From Candidatus Micrarchaeota archaeon (GTDB taxonomy: Archaea > Micrarchaeota > Micrarchaeia > Anstonellales > Bilamarchaeaceae), in the NCBI GenBank assembly GCA_043821365.1, contig JBDRCX010000006.1:160001-224000 (forward strand): a DNA stretch of 64,000 nucleotides, written 5' to 3'. The translations under genes were made by a program, and so were the position numbers. Below the pieces are notes generated by a model that was not told the DNA's origin, made no database searches, and was given only the letters and a program-made list of their open reading frames with translations. Of this stretch, positions 29,752 through 40,183 are shown in pieces; position 1 is the first letter of the stretch, and each line of letters starts with the position of its first letter.

Positions 29752-30637
29752 CATATTGTTTGACTCCGTCTGCAAAATTGAGTTTTTGTTTCCATCCAAG
29801 TTTCTCTAATTTTGAAACATCAAGAAGCATAAGGGGAACATCGCCCACCCAACCTTGCTTAGAACCAGTATATTTGAAGAGAGGATCAATTCCAAGATTA
29901 TTACAAACTAATTTAGCAAGATGATTGACAGTTGTTTTCTCTTGGCTTCCAACATTGTAAACATCAGATGTTTTTTTCTGTTTTTTAAATGCAGTCAGAA
30001 TCGCAGAAACACAATCAGAAACATGAAGATAGGACTTATCTTGCTTTCCATCTCCAAGTATTTCAAGTTCATTTGGATTTTTTTTCAATTTATTGTAAAA
30101 ATCAAACATTACACCATGTGTACTTCTTTCGCCAAAAATATTTGCAAATCTAAGGCAGGTTGATTTTATACCATAGGAACTTGAATAAGAGGAGAAATAT
30201 GCTTCACATGCCAGTTTACTTGCACCATAATTGCTTATTGGAGAACACATATTATCTTCGGGGGTTGGAATAGTTTCAGAGTATCCATAAACAGTAGATG
30301 TTGATGCCAAGATAATATGTTTAACTTTCGATGTCCTGCATGCCTCCAAAACACTCATAGTCCCAACAACATTAATATCAAAACCATTTGTTGGTGCAGT
30401 TGCACTTGATCGGACTTCAGGATCAGCTGCGAAATGAAAAACTGCTTCAATATCTTTGAATTCATTCGAAAGATTTTGTCGTATATCTTTTTTTATAAAA
30501 GTAGCTTTGGTATCAACATGTTCCTGTTTCCCTGCACATAGATTATCTATCACAGTAACTGTGTTTTTCTCTTCTATTAGTTTATCAACTAGATGCGAAC
30601 CTATGAACCCGGCACCGCCAGTGACTGCAACTTTCAT
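29729..30637 (-). CDS. NAD-dependent epimerase/dehydratase (UDP-glucose 4-epimerase-like)
   Basis: TGGAGFIGSH, YGASK, RFANIFG. Confidence 0.92.
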   Translation of the reverse strand: MKVAVTGGAGFIGSHLVDKLIEEKNTVTVIDNLCAGKQEHVDTKATFIKKDIRQNLSNEFKDIEAVFHFAADPEVRSSATAPTNGFDINVVGTMSVLEACRTSKVKHIILASTSTVYGYSETIPTPEDNMCSPISNYGASKLACEAYFSSYSSSYGIKSTCLRFANIFGERSTHGVMFDFYNKLKKNPNELEILGDGKQDKSYLHVSDCVSAILTAFKKQKKTSDVYNVGSQEKTTVNHLAKLVCNNLGIDPLFKYTGSKQGWVGDVPLMLLDVSKLEKLGWKQKLNFADGVKQYVNWLRNH

Positions 30638-30691
30638 GAAGTCACTAAGGTAGGTAGGATTATAAAAATGAACTGAGAGGGCATTTGGGGG

Positions 30692-32017
30692 ATGAATATG
30701 CTAGGTTGGCGAGTATTAGACCACGGCGAGTACAAACTTAATACTCCGATTCTGAGTAATCAAGAAAAAGAACTAATCCTTGCAAGTTACGACTATGCAA
30801 AAGATATGGCAAGAACAGATAATAGTAGTAAAACAATAGTTCTGAATGCAGTGAAACTAAGTGCAAGAAAACTGGGGTTCTACCTAACCCCTCCTCAGTT
30901 AGAATACTTAAATAAGATAGCATTCATGCACATTTGTGGTTTTGGATTTCTTGAACAGCTTATAGAGGATAACGAAATAGAAGAGATAAGTATTATCGGA
31001 CCAAATAAACCGGCTTATGTTTACATACGAAAAAATGGCTGGAAAAGTGTTAATGGTTGTTTTGAAACTAGTGATGATATTGCAGATGTCATAAATAAAA
31101 TGGCTAAGGGACTTGGAAGGCATATAACAATACAAAACCCACGGCTAGATGCCATACTCCCAGATGGTTCAAGATTACATGCATCGTTACCTCCGATTTC
31201 AAATGGAGAAATAACAATTAGGAAATTTAGACAACGCCCGTTTTCACCAAAGGAGTTGTGTGGGATTGTTTCGGTAGATGCTATTGCATTGCTTTCAATG
31301 GTAATGCAATGTGATTTTTCAGTGTTGATAGCAGGGAATACCGCAAGTGGAAAAACAACAACAATGAATGCACTTTTCTCTTTTGTACCGTTTGATGAAA
31401 GAATTTTGATAACTGAAGAAACACCGGAGATAAATGTTCCACACACTCACCAACTAAGATTAATAGCAAATAAAGAGATGGGGATTGGTTTGAAGAATTT
31501 AGTTTATGATTCATTGAGAATGCGACCAGATAGAATAATTGTTGGAGAAGTAAGGAATAAGGAGGAAACAGAAGCTTTATTTGATGTTTTGTTAGCTGGA
31601 CAAGCAAGAGGTAGTTATGCAACTTTCCATGCACAAAGTGCTGATGAAGTAGTGACAAGGCTAACCACTTTTGGAATAGAACGAAACGACATAAAGTGCA
31701 TAGATTGTATAATAATACAAAGAAGAATTCTCGAGTATGATAGTAAGAAGAGAGAGAATAGTGAAAAAAGAGAAATAACTGAAATTGCGGAAGTAATAGA
31801 CGGAAAAGTAAACTCATTCTATGAAAATGGTAAACTCTTACTTGAGAACTCCCAGATATTAGAGAAGATATGCCGGCATTTTAAACTAAGTAAAAACGAC
31901 TTTGAAAATGAAATGAAAAAACGAATAGACATCATTGAAAATGCAGATTCAGGATATGAAGAATTCTTTTCATATATACAAAAAGAACTTTTTGGACGGG
32001 GGCAATGCAGTGTTTGA
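30692..32017 (+). CDS. Type II/IV secretion or pilus ATPase (CpaF/TadA/VirB11 family)
   Basis: GNTASGKTT, LRMRPDRIIVGEVR, TFHA. Confidence 0.92.
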   Translation: MNMLGWRVLDHGEYKLNTPILSNQEKELILASYDYAKDMARTDNSSKTIVLNAVKLSARKLGFYLTPPQLEYLNKIAFMHICGFGFLEQLIEDNEIEEISIIGPNKPAYVYIRKNGWKSVNGCFETSDDIADVINKMAKGLGRHITIQNPRLDAILPDGSRLHASLPPISNGEITIRKFRQRPFSPKELCGIVSVDAIALLSMVMQCDFSVLIAGNTASGKTTTMNALFSFVPFDERILITEETPEINVPHTHQLRLIANKEMGIGLKNLVYDSLRMRPDRIIVGEVRNKEETEALFDVLLAGQARGSYATFHAQSADEVVTRLTTFGIERNDIKCIDCIIIQRRILEYDSKKRENSEKREITEIAEVIDGKVNSFYENGKLLLENSQILEKICRHFKLSKNDFENEMKKRIDIIENADSGYEEFFSYIQKELFGRGQCSV

Positions 32018-33572
32018 ATCTATTTGTAATCTTGTTTATTTATTCCCAAAAATTAGATTTAACACAAAAAACAAAACATATTTGAGACTCGTTAGGCCAG
32101 ATATTGACTTTGAAAAATATAACGGAATGAACGTAATAATTGCATGGATATCCTCACTAATAACATACATACTTACTGAAACGGTGGAGATAGCATTTAT
32201 TGTGTTGATATTTGCTTTTTATTTTATTTGGAATCTTCCAAAAATGGAACTGGACAAAAGAAAAAGTAGAATAGAAACGGAATTGCCTTTTTTTCTAAGA
32301 AACTTTGGGATGTTGATAGAAATAGGAATTCCATTTACTCGAGCTATGGAATTGAGTAGTTCAGGATACCGTTCCACTAAGAAAGAGCTCCAGATTGTCC
32401 TAAACAAAGTTAATACTGGATTAAGCATGCAGAAAGCATTATCTGAATTGGGGATTTTATTTAATTCGACAATTATAAAGAGAGCAGTATCCCAGCTCAT
32501 ACTTCTTTATGAAACTGGTGGATCTGGTAAGGAAATAAAGAAAGTCGGTGATGACATACTGTCATTTCAACAACACAGACTTAAAGAATATTCTGCTAAA
32601 AGCTCAATCTTTGGACTTGTTTTTGTTATGACAAGTGCCATTTTACCAACATTTTTCATAGTATACGCAATAACTGGAAGTATTGGATTTGGAACAAAAA
32701 TAAATCAAATGCAGATGGCGATTGCACTTCTAGTCATTTTTCCAGCAATTAGTGCTCTATTGTTATTATTATCAAAAACAACTATGCCAAGTTCTATATT
32801 CACTAATAGTAAATGGTTCGAATGGGAACTACTACTTCCGGGGATTTTGATAATAACTGGAACGTTCTTATTTGATTATAAAATCATATTTTTTGCAGCT
32901 GGATTGGTTGTTGGTGTATATTTAACAATAAAAAATTTTAACTATGAAAGAAGGATTGAACAAATAGAAAGTGAAATGCCAGATGCTCTTTTTGTAATCA
33001 GTTCCATGCCAGGATCAAGTGGGGTGGATTTGATTTTTGAAACGATAAAAAAAGGAGATCTTGGCAATATCTCGAATGAATTCGGAATTGCAAAAAAACA
33101 GCTAGACATGAACATAAAAACAGACATTGTAATAGAAGACTTAGTAAAAAGGAATAGATCAGAATTATTTAGACAAATGTTAGTCATGATGAAACAGATG
33201 ATTGAAACCAATTCACTGGCATATATAAGCAGCCTAGCTGAGGACATAATAAAACATATCGAGATAAAGAGGGAACGAAGTCAACTTCTTGCAACACAAA
33301 AATATACGCTAATTATGGGCACTGTAATTGTACCGATAATTCTCAGAACAGTGATCAACCTAATAGAAACAATGGAAAGTGTAGTGGGACCCGAAACAGT
33401 GAGGGAAGTAATAACGAGTTGTGGTTTTTTAGTGCCCCCATATCTGATTGTGTATGTTAGCATGGTATCCATAGCAATAGCAGATAGCGAAGGTAAAAAA
33501 TCATCTGCCAGTTTATATTTAGTGGTGCTATCAATCCTAAGCTTGGCTTCATTCTATTTTATAAATTTATAA
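32010..33572 (+). CDS. Type II secretion system F-domain membrane protein (TadB/C, FlaJ-like)
   Basis: Two repeats, IETELPFFLR and IESEMPDAL, each followed by TM helices; probable GTG start overlaps the ATPase stop. Confidence 0.85.
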   Translation: MFESICNLVYLFPKIRFNTKNKTYLRLVRPDIDFEKYNGMNVIIAWISSLITYILTETVEIAFIVLIFAFYFIWNLPKMELDKRKSRIETELPFFLRNFGMLIEIGIPFTRAMELSSSGYRSTKKELQIVLNKVNTGLSMQKALSELGILFNSTIIKRAVSQLILLYETGGSGKEIKKVGDDILSFQQHRLKEYSAKSSIFGLVFVMTSAILPTFFIVYAITGSIGFGTKINQMQMAIALLVIFPAISALLLLLSKTTMPSSIFTNSKWFEWELLLPGILIITGTFLFDYKIIFFAAGLVVGVYLTIKNFNYERRIEQIESEMPDALFVISSMPGSSGVDLIFETIKKGDLGNISNEFGIAKKQLDMNIKTDIVIEDLVKRNRSELFRQMLVMMKQMIETNSLAYISSLAEDIIKHIEIKRERSQLLATQKYTLIMGTVIVPIILRTVINLIETMESVVGPETVREVITSCGFLVPPYLIVYVSMVSIAIADSEGKKSSASLYLVVLSILSLASFYFINL

Positions 33573-33586
33573 AGAGAGCAAACTTC

Positions 33587-34051
33587 ATGGATACAATAAC
33601 TGCCATTGCAATGTCATTCCAATCCCCTTTGTTAACTGCAGTTGGCCTTTTCTTCGATAGCGCCCTTATATATAGCGGACTATTGTTTGCAATTATCTTC
33701 ATAGGTGAAAGACGAAATGAAAAAAGGCGTAAGATATTCTTATCATTATTTTTAGCATTCGTTATTGCGAGCATAGTCAAGATGGCATTTGCAATAGAAC
33801 GTCCATGTGTTGGAGACTACACTTGCCCCAACGATTACTCATTCCCAAGTCTCCATGCAGCAACTGCATTTACCCTGATGATTGGTTTTTTGAATAAGAA
33901 AAATTTCCAATGGTTTTTGTTATTTGCATTAATAATAAGTTTCACAAGATTAAATCTTGGTGTACATACCTTTCACGATATAGCAGCTGCACTCCCAGTG
34001 GCTCTTGTTTCCTATTATTTAACTGACACAATTTGGAGAAAGATGAAATGA
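33587..34051 (+). CDS. PAP2-family phosphatase
   Basis: KMAFAIERP, SFPSLHA, RLNLGVHTFHD. Confidence 0.88.
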   Translation: MDTITAIAMSFQSPLLTAVGLFFDSALIYSGLLFAIIFIGERRNEKRRKIFLSLFLAFVIASIVKMAFAIERPCVGDYTCPNDYSFPSLHAATAFTLMIGFLNKKNFQWFLLFALIISFTRLNLGVHTFHDIAAALPVALVSYYLTDTIWRKMK

Positions 34052-34608
34052 CACAAGAAAACAAAAGACAAGTGTTCCACATCCTGGTGGGGTTGCTAGC
34101 AATAGCAGTGCTCCTCTATTTCGGTAGAGGAGTTACAATAGCACTAGTGTTTTTCATAATAATCTTTGGTCTTCTCATTATGAACGCAAGAATCCTACAT
34201 TACAAAAACCCCATAACTAAACTAATTCAATGGTTTGAGCATAATTTCGAACGACCAGATGTACCATTACCAGGTTGGGGATCTGCATGCTATGCAACTG
34301 GAATTTTGATCGTATTAACAGCCTTAACAGACGTAAATGAAATGGTTGCAATAATAATCATACTAGCGCTTGGGGATGGCTTTTCTACATTAGTAGGGAG
34401 AAATGGAAAAACTAGAATACCCTACAATAACAAGAAAACAATTGAGGGAACCATAGCATTCATGATAGCAAGTTTACCTGCTTGTTATTTTATAGGACCA
34501 ATAGGAGTTCCCCTGATAATTCTTGGGGCAATAATTGAAACACTGCCTTTAATAGATGACAATTTAATGATCCCAATTGTAACTACCGCATTCTTGGTGA
34601 TTTTATGA
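34048..34608 (+). CDS. Dolichol/phytol kinase-like CTP-dependent lipid kinase
   Basis: RQVFH, ALGDGFSTLVG, KTIEG, DDNL. Confidence 0.82.
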   Translation: MTQENKRQVFHILVGLLAIAVLLYFGRGVTIALVFFIIIFGLLIMNARILHYKNPITKLIQWFEHNFERPDVPLPGWGSACYATGILIVLTALTDVNEMVAIIIILALGDGFSTLVGRNGKTRIPYNNKKTIEGTIAFMIASLPACYFIGPIGVPLIILGAIIETLPLIDDNLMIPIVTTAFLVIL

Positions 34609-35381
34609 TAATACTTTTTACCTCAAATAACATTGCAAGCAATGCAATTGCAAAGGCATTAATCTCAAAACACAATTTCAAAAAAATTGGAGAAAATGAA
34701 TGGCGAAACAACGAGACTAGGTTAATTGATACCCAACTTCCAACAGTTCTAGATATTCCAGATGATATTGGATCAGATTCCATAATCATGCTTAGTTCAC
34801 ATAAAAGTAAAACTCCAGGAAAGATGCTCACTGCCCACATACCAGGAAATTGGGGGGATGCAGGAATGGGAGGTGAGCCAAAAACACTAAATATTGCAGA
34901 TGCATGCCTTTTGCAGAAGATAGCTAAAGAAATGAAAAAAGAAGCAGATAGAATTGAATGGCAATTTTGCCTTGAAGCAGATCATCATGGACCAACAATA
35001 AAGATTCCGATAATGTTTGTAGAGATAGGAAATAACGAAGAACAATGGAGAGATAGAAAAGCAGCTGAAGCAATTGCAAATGCAATTGTTGCAAGCCTAG
35101 GACCTGTTGAAAACTGTGAGAGTGTTGTTGGGTTTGGTGGGGGCCATTATCAGAAAAGATTAACTGAAGTAGTAGTAAGTGATAATATTGCAGTTGGCCA
35201 TATGGCACCTAAATATGTCATTGATAACATAGATGAGGATATGTTTAGACAGGCCTTAGAAAAGAATGTTGAAAAAGTAACGAAGATAGTTGTATTAAAA
35301 GATGAGACAAATACAAACCAAAAAGAGAAAATAAAAAAACTTGCAGAAAAATTTAATGTTGAATATCATGAGGTAGGCTAA
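34605..35381 (+). CDS. dtdA: D-aminoacyl-tRNA deacylase (archaeal DTD2)
   Basis: LSSHKS, LTAHIPGN, EADHHGPT, FVEIG, GFGGGHY. Confidence 0.88.
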   Translation: MIILFTSNNIASNAIAKALISKHNFKKIGENEWRNNETRLIDTQLPTVLDIPDDIGSDSIIMLSSHKSKTPGKMLTAHIPGNWGDAGMGGEPKTLNIADACLLQKIAKEMKKEADRIEWQFCLEADHHGPTIKIPIMFVEIGNNEEQWRDRKAAEAIANAIVASLGPVENCESVVGFGGGHYQKRLTEVVVSDNIAVGHMAPKYVIDNIDEDMFRQALEKNVEKVTKIVVLKDETNTNQKEKIKKLAEKFNVEYHEVG

Positions 35382-35435
35382 AGCACATCAATGGAAAAAG
35401 ACTAGGTTTTTAATTATAAGAATATAGAATACAAC

Positions 35436-35513
35436 ATGGAAAAGATCGAATTTTTAGATGAAATCTGCGAAATAGAAGGGAGGGTTCTCGAAAGAGGGCT
35501 TATTGGAGGCTGA
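35436..35513 (+). CDS. Possible 25-aa small ORF
   Basis: ATG...TGA encoding MEKIEFLDEICEIEGRVLERGLIGG; below the ORF-track size cutoff. Confidence 0.35.
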   Translation: MEKIEFLDEICEIEGRVLERGLIGG

Positions 35514-35517
35514 GTAT

Positions 35518-35730
35518 ATGGAAGAACCTCGAAAAAAATTTGAGGTCCCCAAACCAGTTTCAGTAGGAGATAGCCTAACAGTTAAAATAGAAAATCAAGG
35601 TGGGCAGGGAGACGGAATAGCAAAAATAGATGGTTTTATCATTTTTGTAAAGGGTGCAACCAAAGGAGAAGAATGTAAAGTTAGTATAAAAGATGTAAAA
35701 CGAACATATGCTATTGCTGAGAAAGTATAG
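35518..35730 (+). CDS. TRAM-domain RNA-binding protein
   Basis: PVSVGD...GGQGDGIAKIDGFIIFVKG; GGAGG ribosome-binding site upstream. Confidence 0.9.
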   Translation: MEEPRKKFEVPKPVSVGDSLTVKIENQGGQGDGIAKIDGFIIFVKGATKGEECKVSIKDVKRTYAIAEKV

Positions 35731-36924
35731 TCACCTTGTTGCCCAGAAGTAGACAAATGCTAGGAATACAATTAAAACTATAAATCCAAGACTAAGTTGA
35801 GTAGCATTCAGAGTTGTGATGGGGTAGGGGAGAGAGGGACGGCTAGACACCGAATTATTTGCAGTGTTGTGGGTAAGTGTCCTGCTTAAAATTGTCTCAT
35901 TATATTGTGCAAAACCAAGAAAATTATCAATAACAAAAAGAGACAGATTATGTTTACCGATGCCGACATATGTGAAATTAAATTCATAGCTATATGCAAA
36001 TGAATTATTTTCTTCTTCAAGAAGAGATGGCGTTGTAACATTTGGACCATGTTCGATGCCCAGCAGGGTATTTTCAGATATAATTCTCTCAACACCATAT
36101 GGGCCGGTGGTGATAGAAAAATTCTTTAGTGTGAAATTGGTAGCTGAATTTCCGTCTAATAAAATTTCAGCATAAAAAAGTGGGCTTTGGGATAAAACAA
36201 TAACATCAAAATGATTGTTGCTTTCCCACTGTTCCAGTAAAATTGGTGCTCTGAGAAAGAATAGTTTTTTTTGGCCAGCAACAGCAAAAGAATCATTGAC
36301 AGATATTGGAATTGAAACATTTATTGAATAAAGATTATCATTGCACTGGAGACCATCAAACTCATTATCATTTATTAAATAGGTAAAAATAGCATCGCCA
36401 GATACAGACACATCCAATTGATCTGCACCAGATGAGGATTCCATTTTACTTGTAATTTCCTCAGGGATTTCTATTATAGTTGATGAAAAGGGAACAGAAA
36501 CTGAGGTATTTTGAAAAGTAAATAATATTTCAGCTGAATACACCACAGATGAATTTTGTTCAAACTCAGCACAGTCATCATAATCAAGATCACAGTTTGG
36601 AAGTGGGTGGTAATCAACATTACAGGTGGACTGTCCATCGTTTGAAGTAAGATGCGAAATGAAATGGCCACGTGCTAAGAGTAATGAAATGCTATCAGTA
36701 GAGTATGTTAAATTATCAATCGTCAATGTCGGACCAACAATATCAACACTTGTAAGAAGATCAAGGGATTGACCGAATATTTCCGTAGAACTAGATTGGG
36801 AAATATTAGAATTGAAATTATCTTCAAGATAATTTGCCATGTTTGAATTGTATTCTTGCACAGCATCTATGGGAGGGGCTGCGAATAAAAGAGAAAAAAA
36901 CAGTAAAATGATAACTTCTCTCAT
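35731..36924 (-). CDS. Secreted, C-terminally anchored surface protein
   Basis: Signal peptide, many NxS/T sequons, C-terminal TM. Confidence 0.75.
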   Translation of the reverse strand: MREVIILLFFSLLFAAPPIDAVQEYNSNMANYLEDNFNSNISQSSSTEIFGQSLDLLTSVDIVGPTLTIDNLTYSTDSISLLLARGHFISHLTSNDGQSTCNVDYHPLPNCDLDYDDCAEFEQNSSVVYSAEILFTFQNTSVSVPFSSTIIEIPEEITSKMESSSGADQLDVSVSGDAIFTYLINDNEFDGLQCNDNLYSINVSIPISVNDSFAVAGQKKLFFLRAPILLEQWESNNHFDVIVLSQSPLFYAEILLDGNSATNFTLKNFSITTGPYGVERIISENTLLGIEHGPNVTTPSLLEEENNSFAYSYEFNFTYVGIGKHNLSLFVIDNFLGFAQYNETILSRTLTHNTANNSVSSRPSLPYPITTLNATQLSLGFIVLIVFLAFVYFWATR

Positions 36925-38828
36925 AATAACCCGCTTAGTTTGTCTATAGTAACAAATGAAAGCATGCCATTTGTTTGTGCTATCCTAAGGCGAGCTTGGT
37001 GATTTTCATCAACAGAAGCAAGAAATTGTTTTATTTCGTTTTCATCATCTACAACGATTATTGCTTTCTTATCAAATTTGTGGTTGAAGAATCCGATTTC
37101 CATGTTTTTAAGAATGAATTTATTTTCCTGTTCCTTAAATGGCGTACCACTCTCAATGAGTTTTTCCCTTATAATACGATGGAGAACATTTAGTTTGACA
37201 TCTCCTTCACCCTTAAGTTGATAGTAGTCACGATGAGTTTCAAGATAACCAGTCTTAACTAGTTTACTTAGTATTTCTTCCACATTCCCCTCAGTAACAT
37301 CAGCACCATTTGTAAGATAACGTTTTAACGAAACAGTAAACTCATGTGGAGTTATTGGTGATTTTGATAGGTGCATATCATGCCTTACTTTTTTGAAGCT
37401 CTCGATAGCACGATCACGAGGAAGTTTTATTTCTTGGCGAATATAGGTTGAACTATCCCCGAATCTTAACCGATATGTTGGTTTTTTTGTCATCCTGACT
37501 CCAAAGTACACAATAATAACAATGATAAGACCCGGAATCCCGTATTTTATATAAAATTCAAATAGGTTTTCTTTATTATTTGTAACAACAACAGTTATTG
37601 TCTTTCCGTGGATTTCAAAATTAAAAATATTTGATCCTGGATCTAGTTGTGCATTAACAACAACTTCTCCAGCAGTAACATAAAATTTCTTCTTTATCGT
37701 TGAATTGCCGAGCCAAACCTCTGTTTCTGCATTGGTTAATGGTTTTCCATCTACAGTAATTGAAAACGTATAGGAGTTACCAAGAGAACTCACTGGAATG
37801 ATTTTGATATCCTTAATGTGTAGAAGACCGCTTGCTATGTTCCCGGAATTATCATCAATTGATAGGATATATTCTCCTGGTTCGTCATATTCGAAAGTTT
37901 GGATGAATATATTCTGATCTGTAACTTTTCTCAACTCTCTTGATTCAACCACATCACCATCCTTCCTGATTGTAAGTACTGCAGTTCCAGTTGTTTTGTT
38001 TAGTTCAAATTGTGAGGATGCTTTTTCCCATGGATAAATAGATGATGGAGTAATTGGAATTGTTTTTTGTGATTTTGTTAAGTACGGGGAATCATACGCT
38101 CCTTGCAAATCACCGATATTATAAATAACCCGAACATAACCAGAGGAAGGTAGTGAAACGATTGAACTTTGTATGCCATTTCCAGAAAGATTTATTGTAT
38201 CATTTCCCTTGATCAACCAATTATTGTAAAGAAGATCAGCATAGATAGATTTCCCATCTTCAAGAAATTGATCAAGAGTTCCGTCGTAGATAACAATCCT
38301 TTCTTTTTGTTCTGGAGTAAGCTGAGCATACCAAGAATTTTCCTTGATTCCGGTACTTAGAATAAGATTTTTAGCACCAAGATAGAGTATTGTTCCGTTA
38401 GAACTTCCTTGTTGCAGATTAAATAAAACATAAGAAGGGAGAGCCCCGCTGGGAACAACATAAATACCATCCCCAACCTTAGGCTCATCAGTAACAGTTA
38501 CTGTATAACCATAATTTTCTAATGATTTAAGCTCATCGACAAATTCTGAAAAACGAGTTGTTTGTATTGCCTGGCTGTCATTTATTATGACAATTGACTT
38601 TTGAGGCATTTTTTCATAACTAAGAATAGATAGATTTCCAGTTCCACGATAATTATAAACTGCATAACCATAACTTCCTGCAATTCCTGTTTCTAAAATT
38701 GCAAATGTTGGTGGAAGAGTTTGAATTGTTTGATCTAGTTGTTCAAAAGTAAGAACATATGCAACTATACCGCCTAGGATCAATATTAGAATGACTATAA
38801 CTCCTATCAATATGTTGAAAATCTTCAT
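36921..38828 (-). CDS. Two-TM membrane protein with a large external domain and a basic cytoplasmic tail
   Basis: TM at the N-terminus and near residue 430; beta-rich middle. Confidence 0.75.
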   Translation of the reverse strand: MKIFNILIGVIVILILILGGIVAYVLTFEQLDQTIQTLPPTFAILETGIAGSYGYAVYNYRGTGNLSILSYEKMPQKSIVIINDSQAIQTTRFSEFVDELKSLENYGYTVTVTDEPKVGDGIYVVPSGALPSYVLFNLQQGSSNGTILYLGAKNLILSTGIKENSWYAQLTPEQKERIVIYDGTLDQFLEDGKSIYADLLYNNWLIKGNDTINLSGNGIQSSIVSLPSSGYVRVIYNIGDLQGAYDSPYLTKSQKTIPITPSSIYPWEKASSQFELNKTTGTAVLTIRKDGDVVESRELRKVTDQNIFIQTFEYDEPGEYILSIDDNSGNIASGLLHIKDIKIIPVSSLGNSYTFSITVDGKPLTNAETEVWLGNSTIKKKFYVTAGEVVVNAQLDPGSNIFNFEIHGKTITVVVTNNKENLFEFYIKYGIPGLIIVIIVYFGVRMTKKPTYRLRFGDSSTYIRQEIKLPRDRAIESFKKVRHDMHLSKSPITPHEFTVSLKRYLTNGADVTEGNVEEILSKLVKTGYLETHRDYYQLKGEGDVKLNVLHRIIREKLIESGTPFKEQENKFILKNMEIGFFNHKFDKKAIIVVDDENEIKQFLASVDENHQARLRIAQTNGMLSFVTIDKLSGLL

Positions 38829-40183
38829 AGCTCTAACCTTGAGGATGTAAGGAAATCAACATCATTCTTATAGAATGTTCGTATATCTTCAAGCTCAAGC
38901 AAAAGCATAAGTGGGCGTTCAAGACTAAGGCCCCAAGCTAAAACTGGATACACTCCAGCCAATGGAATGCTTACTTCTGGTCTAAATATCCCAGCACCAC
39001 CAAGTTCAAGCCATTGTTTTTTCTTTTCAAAATAAACTTCAATTTCTAAGCTCGGTTCGGTATATGGAAAAAAACTTGGTCTGAATCGTATATTCTCGAA
39101 CCCAAGTTTTCGATAAAATTCCTTTAGAACACCAAGTAGGTCAGTAAACTTGGCATTCTCCCAAGCAATGATTCCCTCGACTTGATGGAATTCAGCAAGG
39201 TGTTTGTAATCAGTTGCTTCATTTCTGAAAACCCTCCCAATTGAAAAGTATTTTTTTGGTTTCTTGTTTTTAAGAGCTGCAAGATAGCGAGCAGAAAGAC
39301 AAGTGGTGTGCGTCCTTAAAACAGATTTAGATGCTTCTTTTGGATCCCATTTATATTTCCAACCTTTTTCATGTGCATCCCTTACCCTTTCAACTAAACT
39401 TTTATCTGATGGTAACGGTGATGAGCCTTTTATATAGAAAGTATCTGCCAATTCCCTTGCAGGGTGATCCTGGGGTTGAAAAAGTGCATCGAAATTCCAA
39501 AAAGAACTTTCTATCAAGTCACCTTCCATCTCTTCAAAACCAAGCTCAGTCATTATTGCCTGGATTTTTTTTGTAATTCTTGTGATTGGATGGTTCTTGC
39601 CAACCGGAGCATCTTTCCCAGGAACATTGATGTCAAACCCATCTGAGAACTGAGACTTGTCTATATGCTTACCAGTATAAGAAACGATGGAGGTTTTTGT
39701 AGTTTTTTTGTTCAGAAGATGCCTTTCGAAAAACTCTTCGGAGGTCTCTAAATCACTTGATGACCCTTTAGTTTTTAGATCATTATAACAAGAAAGAAGC
39801 TTTTCATTAATCACGTCAACTTCTTGTTGGGTTTTAGTTGGAACAAGCTTTCCACCTTCTATCATTACCAGACCTTTGACTTTTGCCCATCTTATTCCGA
39901 TTGATTTTTCTGATGGTGAAAGATCAGCGATGGATGCATGTGAGAGTGATTTTCTAAAAACTGATATTTCTGGAAACCCCCCCAAACAATAAACATCTAA
40001 CTCATTTGTTGGAATGCCACATGTTGTTTCTTTTGTTTCTATTTTTACATAACCTTCAGCTTTCAGAGATTCTATAATACGGCGAATACTATCTTCTTTA
40101 AATGAGGATAATTTTGCCAATTCCTGTAGAGTTAGTGGATTTTTTACGATTAAATCAAGAACAATATCAGATCCTTTGTACAT
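38825..40183 (-). CDS. pheS: Phenylalanine-tRNA ligase alpha subunit
   Basis: FWNFDALFQPQDHPARE, LRTHTT, FRNE, FPYTEPS. Confidence 0.96.
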   Translation of the reverse strand: MYKGSDIVLDLIVKNPLTLQELAKLSSFKEDSIRRIIESLKAEGYVKIETKETTCGIPTNELDVYCLGGFPEISVFRKSLSHASIADLSPSEKSIGIRWAKVKGLVMIEGGKLVPTKTQQEVDVINEKLLSCYNDLKTKGSSSDLETSEEFFERHLLNKKTTKTSIVSYTGKHIDKSQFSDGFDINVPGKDAPVGKNHPITRITKKIQAIMTELGFEEMEGDLIESSFWNFDALFQPQDHPARELADTFYIKGSSPLPSDKSLVERVRDAHEKGWKYKWDPKEASKSVLRTHTTCLSARYLAALKNKKPKKYFSIGRVFRNEATDYKHLAEFHQVEGIIAWENAKFTDLLGVLKEFYRKLGFENIRFRPSFFPYTEPSLEIEVYFEKKKQWLELGGAGIFRPEVSIPLAGVYPVLAWGLSLERPLMLLLELEDIRTFYKNDVDFLTSSRLEL

